Source: Eledone cirrhosa | Taxonomy: Eukaryota | Length of the DNA: 64,000 bases | NCBI GenBank assembly: GCA_964016885.1 | Contig: OZ024740.1 | Span: 374,170,001 to 374,234,000 of the forward strand | Direction of reading: 5' to 3' | In this document: positions 11,966 through 25,003 of the stretch, piece by piece | Layout: the number at the start of each line of letters is the position of its first letter | Position numbering within the stretch: position 1 is the first letter of the stretch | Translations under genes and position numbers: made by a program | Notes under the pieces: model-generated | The model's database searches: none | What the model saw: the letters and a program-made list of their open reading frames with translations, nothing else | What the model was told of the DNA's origin: nothing

Positions 11966-14900
11966 GGTTGGTGAAGCCACGCTTCTTATCGCCTCCAGTC
12001 TTTTCCAACGTTTTACCTATTTTTCAACCGTTCTAAACCTTTTATTCAAGTTTTAAATTTGTAAAAGTATAGAAGAAGTGACCCACCTAATACAGGGGTT
12101 CACTAGTAAATAATACGGCACTTCTTTACGGGGTGTCGTATTCGTATTTGTGTAAAAATATTTTTTTGAAAAATGTCAACATGGATAACACAAAAAAGAG
12201 AGAGAGCGCCGTCAGACAACACAGAGAGAGCGAGACTTTATCAGCATGTCAACAAGACAGCGTTCCAGCGGAGGTAAATATAAACGAAAATATTACAAAG
12301 GATAAAAAGATTGTTACAGATTTAAAATTAACAAATATTTCTAACACAAACTACACCAACAATAACTTCAACAACATCACCAACAACAACACCAAAAATA
12401 ACAGCGGTAGAGTCGAGAACGACAATAACAAAAATAACAGCGGTAAGGCCGAGAACGACAATAACAATAATAACAGCGGTAAGGTCGAGAACGACAATAA
12501 CAATGACAATAACAACAGCCACAACAACAATAATAGTAGGAACAATATCAACAAAAACAACAATAATAACAACAGCCACAATAACAGTAACAGCAGCAAC
12601 AGTATCAGCGAAAACAACACCAACAACTGTACCAGCGAAAAGAACAACAATGACACCGATACCTGTAATAGCGACCTCAGCACCACCAGTAAGACCAGTA
12701 GCGGCAGCAATAGTGGTGCTGCTGAAAAAGGGACCACTTCTTTTGCAGGTGTCGCCCGAAATATCGAGACAGTGTTAGTCACAGAGGAGGAGATGGCAGT
12801 CGCAAGGGCCATGGTGACAAGAAGCACAAATAGAGTTTCCCTGAAACCTCCACCCGATTTTTTCAAGGACCAGCAGCTACGAACGGGGATTTACCGCACC
12901 GTAAGCAAAATCTCACATCGAGTGGAGAGAGCCACGGAGGCTCAAATCCAAAAGGCCTTGGGTGCGTCTGGGCACGCTGAACCAACATCAACCGAGGCAG
13001 AAAGTTCGCCACAGTAGACGTACATTTCGCCACCCGCCCGGAAGCAAAGTCTCACACTTTGGAAACCCTAAAGAGTGAGGAGTTAGTCTTGGTGCCCTCC
13101 TACTGCGGGCAGAAAATTGTGAGGGTCAAAGTGACCCAGGTCCCACCCGACGTGCCCATACCTTGGCTGGCCGCATCTGTCTTTGCTGGAATTGAGAACA
13201 GGGCGACCATGCTGCAAGTAGAAACAATAGGGAGAGAGAACTGGTCAGGTATAGGCATGCAAATGCTTATATAAACTGACCAGGAATGTATCGAGGCTAT
13301 CCCCGATAACATAGACATCGAGGAAGGACTCCAACTCCCTATAAGTGTAGAAGGAAGACGGACAAAATGTTATCTCTGTGGGTCGAAAGGTCACCTCAGG
13401 GGCTTTGGCCCGCAGAAGACACCGAAGAGGGCCCCTCTCCTTCCAATACCTGGTCCGCTGCTACCAAGAGCAGGACAGGAAACAAACGAAGAAGCCCCTT
13501 CCACGGTGAGTAGGAGGGCAACGTCCGTAGCACCCGTACCAAGGCCATGATAACTAAAGCAGCATCATCAGTAGAAGCAACACCAATAGCTACATTTGAA
13601 ATAGCTACACCAGCAACTACATTGCCGAAGAGGGCTCCACTACCACCACCAACAGCCGTGGAGCACATACCCATCCCAGAAGCCACATAATCCAACATGG
13701 AGTTTGAGGCGGGAGTGACGTGGCAAACAGTCTGCCACAAAAATCATAAAAGAAAAAAACCCTTAGATTCACCCTCCAAAAGTGAAGGCATACAAAGAGG
13801 GGTAAAGGCAGCAAGGAAACTTGCAGCAACACCACCACAAACACCAACAACGCAAACACAACAAGACACACACACCAAACAGCAACAAGAAGAAAACGGC
13901 AACAAAATCACCTCTCCCCCTAAAAAGTACACAGCCATAAACATAGCAAAAAAAGAACTCATAAAATATATAAAGCAGCACACAGACATCACGGAAAAAA
14001 ACTAGTACACCCCACCAACACCAAGAACTCTCCCGACAAACATAAGCATCATCGAAATCTCAAATAGAACAATACAAACCTTTAAAACAAAAATACCCCA
14101 ACACAGTTGGAGACTTCAGGGGGACGGTTACCAAGAGGATATACACTGACATCCTCTTGGAAACACCCATGACCAGCGAAAGGGACGGTTCTACTGTCCT
14201 TTCACAACACGAACAAGGTGAGTGACCCTTTCTCATTTGCCCCGTTTCTCATCCAACACGGCTGTACTCAGAATAGGCATTATAAATGCATGTGACCTGG
14301 GGTCATCTTGGAAGCAGGGTCACCAGCTCAATGACCTCAGGTCACTAAACATAGATGTGGTGGCCATCGATGAAACCAGAATCTCCGAGGCACGGGCCTT
14401 CGCACCGATCTTCGGCGGCTACAAGTATACGCATCTCCCAGCCGTCCAGAATCGGGGGGAGGGGTTGTAGTCCTTTTTCGGAGAGGCTTGGTTCTCGCGA
14501 TACGGGCCATCTTCCTGGAGCCAGAAGGTAAGTCGGTGGTGCTGGACGTGATCGGCAGCGAAGGCAATGCTTTCAGGCTAGTAGCCGTCTACGCCCCAAG
14601 AGGGGCAGGACGGCCAGATTTCTTCAGACGTCTAGAGACCTTTCTTGGAACGTCCCGCTCTTTAGTGTTAATGGGCGACTGGAACGGTATCTTGGATGCA
14701 CGCTGGGATCGTGTGGGGCTAGTGGATAGGGGAGGAGGGTGCAAGTGCCTCACCAACCTGCTCAGACGTTTTGAACTGTCTGACGGGTATCGACTGGATC
14801 ACACGAATGTGCCAATGTGGACATGGACAAACAGCATCGGGTCATCAAGATTGTATCTAGATAGGGTATTCTGCAGGGAATTAGATAAGGCTTGTATAAG

Positions 14901-16026
14901 TTGTCCACAATTTAAAATAGTCGACTACACAGACCACAAATTTGTGATCTGTGAGATCGACATAGACAGACTTCATAGACAAGGGCCTGGTTACTGGAAG
15001 CTGAACGCGTCCTTCCCGGCGAGCAAGGTCTACAGAGACCGGATTAGCGTATTTGTTAAGCGGGCGTTGACGGGAGCGGACGTCAACAACAGGTGGTGGT
15101 TCGCCCTGAAAAGGGCAATTAAAGTAGAGTCGATTAGGTTTAGCAAAGGAGTAGTGATAGAGGAAAATAGAGTAGAGGGTGAGCTAGTCAGAAAGCTAGA
15201 AGAGGCGTTTAAGACAGGCATCGCAACCGACGTGCTTGTGGCGAGATTGGCACTCGACCAATTCTTCAACGCAAAACACGAAGGCTGCGTTGTCAGAGCT
15301 AGAGCACGTGCTCTGAAACACGAGGGGACAAAAGCCGTCCAATGGGCCCGGGTGGCAGAGGCGCGACATGGCAATAAAGCCACAATTCGGTCTTTGTCTG
15401 ACCGAAACGGGTGCGTGATGCTCGAACCCGAGCGGATGTCCGAAGCTTTTCAGCAGCTCTTTGTTGAACTGTTCGGGAGCGGCGGGGGCTCGGATCGGGG
15501 CATGGGCTTCAGTGCATACCTCGGCGGACTGCCTCGGCTATCGCCGATCGCAGCACAGTGTTGCGAAAAGCCAATAACAGCCGGTGAAATACGGGAAGCG
15601 TTGGCTAACTGCACAAGAGGTAAATCGCCAGGTTTAGATGGTCTGCCCTACGAGCTTTATGCATTTATGCCAGACTTGTTCGGTGACTTCTTGGCAGACG
15701 TCTACTGCAACTGGCAGCAGAACCGGAGCAATCCCAGTTTTGTGAGCCGGGGAGCAGTGGCGCTGCTGAGAAAAGACCCGAACAAGGGGGATGTTATTGA
15801 TAATGTCAGGCCAATAACTCTGCTAAACGCAGAGTTCAAGATTTTGGCCATGGTGTTAGCAACGATGTTGGCGCTTGTCGTCAAGGGTCTGGTGGGAGAG
15901 TCGCAGACATGCGGTCCTCGAGGGAGCTGGTCTCGGGCCCGTTTCCAGGCGTTGGATCGCAGCAATATACAGCGACATCTGCTCAGTTGTGAGGGTGAAC
16001 GGTCACCTGTCTCAGCCGTTCAGCAT
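11966..16026 (+). mobile_element. Tx1-clade retrotransposon, type C, degenerate and 3'-truncated
   Basis: Third 5'UTR/ORF1 variant (fragments 12181-14225, RVERATEAQIQKALG, LVPSYCGQ); more diverged ORF2 (14258-16026) with an internal deletion near 15912. Confidence 0.88.
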
Positions 16027-19000
16027 AAACAACAACAGCATTAGCAGCAGCAACACCAACAACAACCACAGCAACAGCGGCGGAGGCAGTAGTCGTAGTA
16101 CCTGCAGCAACAACAAAAGTAACAGCAGCTCTGACGACAACAACAACAACAGCAGCAAAGAAAAACCAATCTCATTTGCAGGTATTGCGAAAAACTTGGA
16201 AGCAATCCTCATAACAAAAGAGGAATTAGAGGAAGCGAAGAAGATGGTGACAAAGAATGGACACCGAGCAATCTGCAAGGCAGCGGAAAAAATCTTCGAA
16301 ACCCAACAGCACTGTACGGTCACGTACCGTAGAGTAAGTACACAATCCCGTAGGGTGGAAAGAGCCACAGAGACTTAAATACAAAAAGCCTTGGGGTCTG
16401 TGTGGCAGCGGAAGACGTACATCACCCAAGGCAAAAAATATGCCACCGTAGACGTGCTTTTTGCCACACCCCTGGAGGCAAAGGCGCAACCCGTAGTGAC
16501 CCTAAGGAGCGAGGAAATGGTGTTGGTGCCCTCCTACTGCGGGCAAAAAATTGTGAGGGTCAAACTGACCCACGCCCCCCCCCCCCCCCCCGGATGGCCT
16601 CTTCTTGTCTGGCCGCATCTGTCATCGTCGGAATCGAGGACAAAACAACTGTACTGCAAGTACAGAAAAAAGTAAGAGAAGATTGGGTCGGCACCTCCAT
16701 TGAGATGCTAATCCAAACCAACCAGGAGTGCATCGAAGCTATCCCGGATGTGATAGACTTCGATAACGGCACTCAACTGCCCATAAGGGTTGAGGGAAAA
16801 CGCCCGAAATGCTTTCGCTGTGGATCAAAGACTCACCTCAAGGCCTTCTGCAACGAGAAGACCCTGAGAAAGGAGAAAACACCCCTCCTTTCGAAACCGG
16901 CTCCACGGCTACCAGCAACAGGACAAGCGGCAACTAGGAACGATAGATCCATGGCACTCATACCCACGCCACGGAAATCAAAAACAGTAGCAGCAGTGGA
17001 AATATTAACAACAACAACAGCAATACCAAATGCAGCTGCAACAGAGACTCCAGTGCAAACATCACCAACAACAACAAGTGAAAGAGTGGAGCTGGTACCC
17101 CTCCCCGACCTCACAGAATCAGACATGGAGTGTGAGGTGGGAGAGGGATGGCAAAAGGTCGTAAGAAGGCACTAACGCAGAAGCAGGGCATCGTCGCCTT
17201 TGAAAAGGGAGGAAAGGAATGAGAAAAGGGTAAAGTCTACTGCAAAGAGACCCACAGCAGCAACACCACCAACACCATCACCACCCACACTAGCACCACC
17301 ATCACCACCGGCGACAACCCCACCGCCAACAACACCTTCAACACCACCACCACAAGCACCAATATCGCAAACACAACAACAAAACACACACACCTAGCAA
17401 CAACGACAAGAAAATAGTAGAACCACACCCCACCCCCTGAAAAACAAATGCACGGCAATAAATACACACAACAAGAAACTAATGACTTACGTAATTGAAC
17501 ACACAGACATTTCACAACACGACTACATAATACCAGCACCAATCAAAACGCCAACTAACATAAGACTGCTAAAAGTAGCACAGAAACAATACACAAACAT
17601 CAAAACGAAATTCCCCAACGCAGTTGGTGATTTCGGGGACATAGGAGGAACTATCAATCGAAGAGTATATTCAGACATTCTCATAGAAGAGCCGACGACC
17701 AGCCGAAGGGACGATTCAACGGTCCCTTCACCAGACGATCAAGTGAAAAGGGATGTAAAAACCATCCCTCCCCTACCAAAAGTACGGTAAATGGTCATTC
17801 CCATCTTTTCCACTCTATTTTAAACATGACCTCATAAATGCGCGTGGCTTGGGGTCGTCATGAAAGCAGGGTCACCTGCTCAACGACCTCAGGTCACTAA
17901 ACATAGATGTAGTGGCCATCAGCGAGACCAGAATGTCCGAAGCACGGTCCTTCGCACCGATCTTCGGCGGCTACGATGTGTACGCATCTCCCAGCCGTCC
18001 TGGATCGGGGGGAGGAGTTTCTGTGCTTTTTCGGAGAGGTTTGGATCTCGCCATACGTGCCATCTTCCTGGACCAAGAGGGTAAGCTGGTGGTGCTGGAC
18101 GTGACCTGCGGAGACGGCCAAGCTTTCAGGCTAGTGGCCCTCTATGCCCCGACAGGAGCAGGGCGGCCTGATTTCTTCCGGCATCTGGAGACCTTTCTTG
18201 GAACGTCCCGCTCTTTAGTGTTAGTGGGCTACTGGAACGGGATCTTAGATGCACGCTGGGACTGTGTGGGAGTAGCGGATAGGGGTGGTGGGTGCAAGAG
18301 CCTCACCAACCTGCTCAGGCGTTTTGAACTGTCTGACAGGTACCGATTAGATTTCCCGAATGTGCCAATGTGGACTTGGACAAATCGCATAGGGTCATCC
18401 AGATCATATCTAGATAGAGTAAATTGTAGGGAAATAGATAGGTCTAGCATAGGCTGTCCACAATTCAAGATAGTCAGCTACAAGGACCACAAATTCGTGA
18501 TCTGTGTGCTTGACTTAGATAGGCTTCATAGACGAGGACCCGGCTACTGGAAGCTAAACGCGTCCTTACCAGCGCGCAAGGCCTACAGAGACCGGATTAG
18601 CGAACTAGTTAAGCGGGCGTTGACGGGTGCCATCGTCAACAACAAGTGGTGGTTTGCTCTGAAAAGAGCGATTAGAATAGAATCCATTAGGTTTAGTAAT
18701 GCTTTAGCAATAGAGAAAAATAGAGCAGAGGGAGAACTAGTTAGAACATTAGACGAGGCGCTTAGCAAAGGCATGGCGACCGGCGTGCTTGCGGCGAAAT
18801 TGGCCTTTGACCAATTCTTCAATGCAAAGCACGAAGGCTGCGTTGTCAGAGCAAGGGTGCGTGCTCTCAGACACGAGGGGACGAGAGCCGTTCAATGGGC
18901 CCGAGTGGTGGAGGCGCGTCGTGGCAACAATGCCACGATCCGGCCTTTGGTGGACCACGACGGGCGCATGCTACTCGATCCCGGGCAAATGTGTGAAGCT

Positions 19001-21205
19001 TTTCAGCGACACTTCGCTCAGCTGTTCGGTGGCAGCGGCGGGCCGGGTCGATGGATGGATTATAGTGTCTACCTCGACGGACTGCCTCGGCTCTCGGCCA
19101 CTGAGGCGGCGTGTTGCGAAAAGCCGACAGATTTTGGCCAAGATGCTAGCAAAGAGGTTGGCGCTTGCCGTTGGTGGTCTGGTGGGAGAGGCGCATACAT
19201 GCGCCATTCCCGACAAATCCATCAACGACATCCTCCACCTCATGCGATACATCGTAGAGAGGGTAGCTAAGGAACCTGGCACGGGTGGGTCCTTGATCAA
19301 TTCAGATCAGTCGAAATCTTTCGATAGGGTCGACCATCGTTACCTAGCGGCAGTCCTGAGGGCGGCTGGCTTTGGGCCCGTCTTCAGAGGCTGGATCGCT
19401 GCCATGCACAGCGACATCTGCTCTGTGGTGAGAGTGAACGGTCACCTGTCGGAACGGTTCAACATCATGCGCTCGGTCCGCCAAGGATGTCCCCTCTCGT
19501 CTCTCTTGTACGTATTGACTCTCGAGCCATTTCTGCACAAACTGGAGACATTGAGGAGCGTCCCGCGCGAACTAGGATGCGGAATATCCGTGTCAGCATA
19601 TGCGGACGATGTCACCGTAGTGGTGTCGAACGCCAAACACATCGAGGCGATCGGCACTACACTAAGAGAATACGAAACGGTGACAGGAGCAATGATCAAC
19701 CAGGAAAAGTCAGTGGGCCTGCAGCTCGGCACCTGGAGAGGCAGGTCCATGCCGTCCAACAGCGTCGTCGGACGCTGGCCGGCCGGACCGGTTAAATTGC
19801 TAGGGGTCTGGTTCGGTCCGGACCTCCAGGCGGACAAAAACTGGGACGAGGTGACGAGCAGGGTGGCTTCTCTCACCCAGAAATGGGCGGAGAGGAATCT
19901 ATCCCTGAAAGGTCGAGCGGAGGTGGCTAACGCGTACATCGCATCTGTCATCTGCTACCGCCTGACCGTCGTACCTTACCTAAGCCTCGCCTGACTGCGC
20001 TGGAGCATTTGCTCTTTCGCTTTTTGTGGAAGGGACGCGCTCCGATGGTCAGGAGATCCATCTATTGTCAACACCTGCTACGTGGAGGGCTGGGCATGCC
20101 GTGGCTGATGATGCGCAGGCACGCGCTCTGGCTACGACATCTCCACCTCTTCCTCGGCGCTGATCAAGTGTGGTCGCCGTTTGCTAGACACGTATTTCCC
20201 CAGCTCGTTTCCTTGACGGAGCTGCAGTCCTGGGTCAAGCGAAGACTGAGAGTGAGCGCCTGGAGACTGGAATGTCTTCAGGCGCTCACAGCCCTCAACC
20301 AATCGGGCAATGTGATCGGTGGAAACTCCATCTCGGCGTTCTATAGAGGATTAGTGGAGGGGAAGAGCGACAACGTACTTGGGGAAACTCTTGGCGTCGA
20401 CGAAAATCAACTAGCCAATCTCTTCGGAAGAACTTTCGGGCCAGGCCCAATGGACAACTTCCAGAAATCTCTGGCCTGGCAGTGCTACCGAGGAGCCTTG
20501 CAAGTTTGGGATAAATTCTTCAGGCATGGAGGTGCCGTCAGCCGGGCATGTCCGAGATGCGCGCAGGGCGACGAAACCGTCCTGCACGCACTCGTCCAGT
20601 GTCCGAAAATTGCTGACTTGTGGGTTTATGTCGAACACCTGCTGTCGCGTTTAGGACGGATCCGGCAATCATCCGAGTCCATCGTGAGGATTGCCCCGCC
20701 CTCCTCCTTTAGCCGGGAAGGGCAGGCAGTTTTTATCTGTCTGGTGGCCATGGCGAAAGAGATAGTATGGTGGACACGTTTGAAAGGGCTGAAGACGAGC
20801 ACTTACCTCTTCGGTGATGCTCTGATTGACTTTTTCGAATTTCATTTGAAAAGGAAAATCAGAGTAGAGAGGGAAGTGCTCTCTTCCCAGCATATTGTTG
20901 AAAGATGGGTGAGAGAAGCAAGAATGGCCCGAGTGAGTATATATCTGTAAATTAAAGGTGGAAAACTAGGAGAGGGCACTTGCCTTGGTGGTCAGGGTCA
21001 TTGTGGCTTTTTACTGGGCTTTCTTCACATTTGTCCCTCCGAAGTCACCCCCCTATTGGGGAATTTTTCATTGTTATTTTTTGTTACACCCTCTGTTTTT
21101 TGGGGTTTTTTTTACACGCAGAAATGCCCATTTGTACCTTCCTGTATTGTCCTGCACTGTCCTTAATGTCTACTTTATGTAAACCCTTGTGGTTAATAAA
21201 GAAAT
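16021..21205 (+). mobile_element. Tx1 type A, 5'-truncated, degenerate
   Basis: Starts within ORF1 (matches from ~506); stops and frameshifts; deletions at ~17833, ~19128 and ~20935; full 3'UTR. Confidence 0.9.
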
Positions 21206-21240
21206 AATAATAATAATAATTATTATTATTATTATTATTA
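21204..21240. repeat. (AAT)n/(TTA)n inverted junction between Tx1 and Dong tails
   Basis: aataataataataataattattattattattattatta. Confidence 0.85.
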
Positions 21241-24200
21241 CAGTTGCATTTATCTTGCTTTATGTTCATACGAGTTATCACCAAGTCACAACCAGTGACC
21301 TCAAGAGACAACAAGGTCCGCCATGTTCAAGAAAGAACATACATATTCACACATGGATCTTTAGTGTTTAGACTTGTGATGTACTTATATTGACAGAATC
21401 TTCCTTAGTATATGGGCAGTTCCCATTAGTACTATCTTTTGTATTTCTCCTATACGCGGGTTTTGCGATAAGTAATCATTAGCCCCCTTAGGTATCATTC
21501 CCAGAACGCCTACAACCACTGGTATTGTTTTAGTTCTCAATTTCCACATTTTTCCAAATTCTATCTCCAGGTCCTTATACTTGCTCAATTTTTAAAATCT
21601 TTCTATAGATACATTCTTGTCTATTGGAACAGACATATCAATTAGCAGGCATACCCTCTTTTGAAAGTATTTCAATATTATATCAGGTCTGTTTGCATCT
21701 ATTTTTCGGTCTGTTTGGATGCTAAAGTTCCACAAGATTGAGATGTGATCTTTTTCAAGTATGGGAGGTGGTTGATGAACCCACCAATTCTTTTGATGGG
21801 GCAGGTCAAAATGCTTACACATTATCCAATGTATGTATTGTGCAACTCTGTCATGCCTGTTTAGGTATTCTGTTGGAGCTATAGGACTGCACATTGAAAT
21901 TATATGGTCAATGATCTCTAGTTGTTTTTTGCATACACGGCATAATGGGCTGCACCCATTTTTTATTATGTTGGCTTGGTAATTTTTTGTTGGCAGACAC
22001 TGATCTTGTGCTGATATAATCAGTCCTTCAGTCTCCGATTTCAGTCCAGAGGATGCCAACCACTGATGGGTTAAAGTTTTGTCAACATCAGGATTGTTAG
22101 CTCGCTCTGGGTATTTTCCATACAGAGGCTCTTCTTGCCATTTCTTAGCCAGTTTCTGTAGCAGTTCTTTCTTTGCAGTTACTTTTACCTGCTTTGCTTT
22201 TTCTGTGTTTTCCATTTCAGCAGTAAATGGGACTTCTGAAATTTGTAGTCCATTACTGTATCTATATCTGCCTTAGTGTGATGCAGTCTGTGCATGGTTA
22301 AGAATTTTCGAATTTTTGTATCGAGCCTACGGATCTCTGTGATTGACCAGTTGATGACATTATAACTGTAGGTTACTACTGGTATGGCAAGCGTGTTTAT
22401 GGCATCGATCCTATTCCTTGCATTCAATTCCGTTCTTAAGATTGCTCTTACTCTGCGGTAACATTCCTTCCTTATCCTTTCCCTAATTGTCGAGTGCTTG
22501 ATTCCGTCTCCTTCACAAACACCTAGATATTTGTAAGTTTCCTCTTGATCATCTTCTCTTATCACATTCCTTCGATCAAGATTAATGTCTGAACTTTTCA
22601 GCAGCTTTCCTCTGGTGAACGTTGCTTTGGCGCATTTATCTAGTCCAAACTCCATTTTAATGTCATCACTGAACTGCTTCACAGTGGATAATAGCCCTTG
22701 CAATTGTTCATCATTTTTTGCAAATAGTTTCAGGTCATCCATGTAGAACAGGTGATTAATGGTTTTGTCATAGACTTTATATCCATGTTTTGTTTCATTG
22801 AGCATTTTTCTTAATGGTATAAGTGCGATGCAGAATAAAAGCGGAGATAAAGAGTCACCCTGAAAAATTCCACAATTAATATTAACTTCTCCAGCTTCCA
22901 GTGATTTTGTTTCACTATTCAAAAGGAGTGTCGTTTTCCATGTCTTCATACTGAATGACAAAAGTCTCCTGACAACGGGGGATATTTTGAAAATCTCTAA
23001 ACATTTTTCAATCCAACTGTGTGGCAAACTATCGAATGCTTTTTTTATAATCTATCCAAGCAATTGATAGATATTTGTGTCTATTATGACAATATTCCAG
23101 TATCATTTTGCTAACCAAAAGCTGATATTTACAGCCATATGAGACTCGTTTATACCCTTTCTGCTCAATGGGAAATAGGTCATTTGTTATCAGGTGGTCA
23201 TATGTATATTCAGTTAGGACAGATGTTAACATTTTATACATTGTGGTCAAGCAAGTTATCGGTCTGTACTTTTGGGGATTGTTTGTCTCATCATTCTTCG
23301 GAAGCAGGAATGTAATGCCGTTAACTAGCCATGAAGGTATCTTTTCTGGCTCCTTAACTATTTCATTGTAAAGTTGGGCTAACAGCTCATGAGACTCTAT
23401 GAAGGCATTTATCCAAAAGTTTTGTATGTTGTCTTTTCCTGGGGATTTCCATTTGCTCGTTTTTCTTAGAGCCAAGCGCAACTTCAACTGTTATATTTTC
23501 CCATCTTTGTTCCTCAAGGTGAGCTGTATCTTTCATTTGTCTGTCTATCCATGGGGCATGTATGTTATGAACTTTTTCTCCGGCCCAGATCTTTTCCCAG
23601 AATTCTTGCACTTCCTCCTTGGGTGGTATTGATTTAGCAGTTATTGTTGACTTACCAATTTTTCTGTAGAAGTTTCTTTGGTTGTTTTTGAACATATTAT
23701 TGTCCTTATAGAATCTAGATCATTTTTCAAAGCGCCTTATACGAGCAGCTTTGGCCGACACTTTTTGCTTGATTATTTCTATCAGCATGTCTATGTCACA
23801 TGTTGATTTTATACTGTACTTTTTTTTCAATTTTCTAAGTTTAGTTTGTTTAACATGTTCACCTACTTTATAGTTTGTTAAACTTTCTATGTCAGATCGG
23901 AGAAGGTTTATTTGGCGGTTGATGTTCTCTTGCCAAGTAGATTTCTTGTGGGAATTCCTTTGTTTTTTCATCTTCACTCCACATAAGTGAGTGGTGACTT
24001 TAGCCGATGCATAATAGAGATGATTTAAATCAGTAATGTTTAGTTTGTTTGTGATGATAATGTTTTTGAGAATTATGTTAGTCTTGTGTATTATCTTTTG
24101 GTTCTGTTTGGAGTTCTGGATCTTAGGGAGGGTGTCTCGTTGCCCCATGTCAGATTCTTTCATTTTCATCCATTCGATCATAATTTCATCCTTCAAGTTG

Positions 24201-25003
24201 GCAAGTTCATTCTCATTCATTTCCTTATCATTTACGATCTCATTATTTTCTTTTTGAGTTTCATCCTGAGCATGCCCACCCTCCACTTTTTCGATCCTTT
24301 CTTTGATTTGTTCTGTTGTCAGTGATTCCGCCCCAACCCTGGGATTCGAAGTGTTACAGTTTACCTCGTTTTCACTGATACATGTTTCATTTTCCCTTCG
24401 CTGACTTTGTGCTAATAGCTTGATCTGATCAATTTCTATATCAGTTAGTAACTTTTTTCTTACAATATTTCTTCGTATATTGGCTAGTTTGTTACTGTCA
24501 ATATAGCCTCTGTTTTCGGGATGTTTCTTTTTCCAGTTGATATATGTCTGTTCTGTATTCGATGTATTTGATGGGTAGTACATGGCAGTGTAGAAAGCCT
24601 CAAGGACTTCTTTATTATCTTCCCTTGACCATTTTTCTCTCTTTTTCTTTGGATTTCTTGGTGGTGAGCATGGAGGGCCAACAGTAGGAGTATTCCGGTT
24701 ATGGGACGTCTCCAGCTCCGAAGTGATGGGAAGGTTTGAACCATTAGCTGATTTTTCGACCCCAGTCTGGTTCCTCTCTGAGCGACGCGGCCCTTTTTCA
24801 CCCGGGTGACGGCCGATCCGGTATGAGATTTTATCATTAGACATTTACTTTATTTTTTCGCGTTTTATCCTTATCCGCCAAGGGGTAATCATTTCGTATT
24901 ACCACTTCTAGAACGAGTGTCAACCAAGACTAGAGGGGTCGTTCTCCCATAGAGACACGGCTATTCCCCGCCGGCCGCGATCCCGGTATTTCTTGGTCAC
25001 GGG
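21241..25003 (-). mobile_element. R4/Dong-like RLE non-LTR retrotransposon, family A, degenerate
   Basis: Single fragmented ORF with RT and C-terminal RLE; 3' end abuts (TAA)n on its sense strand. Confidence 0.88.
21385..24844 (-). pseudogene. RT + CCHC + restriction-like endonuclease ORF, disrupted
   Basis: WKSPGKD, YRPITCL, GIFQGDSLSP, YMDD, CRVC..IDHIISMC, RHD, NRPDI, LIDMSVP, KYKDL in successive ORF fragments. Confidence 0.9.
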
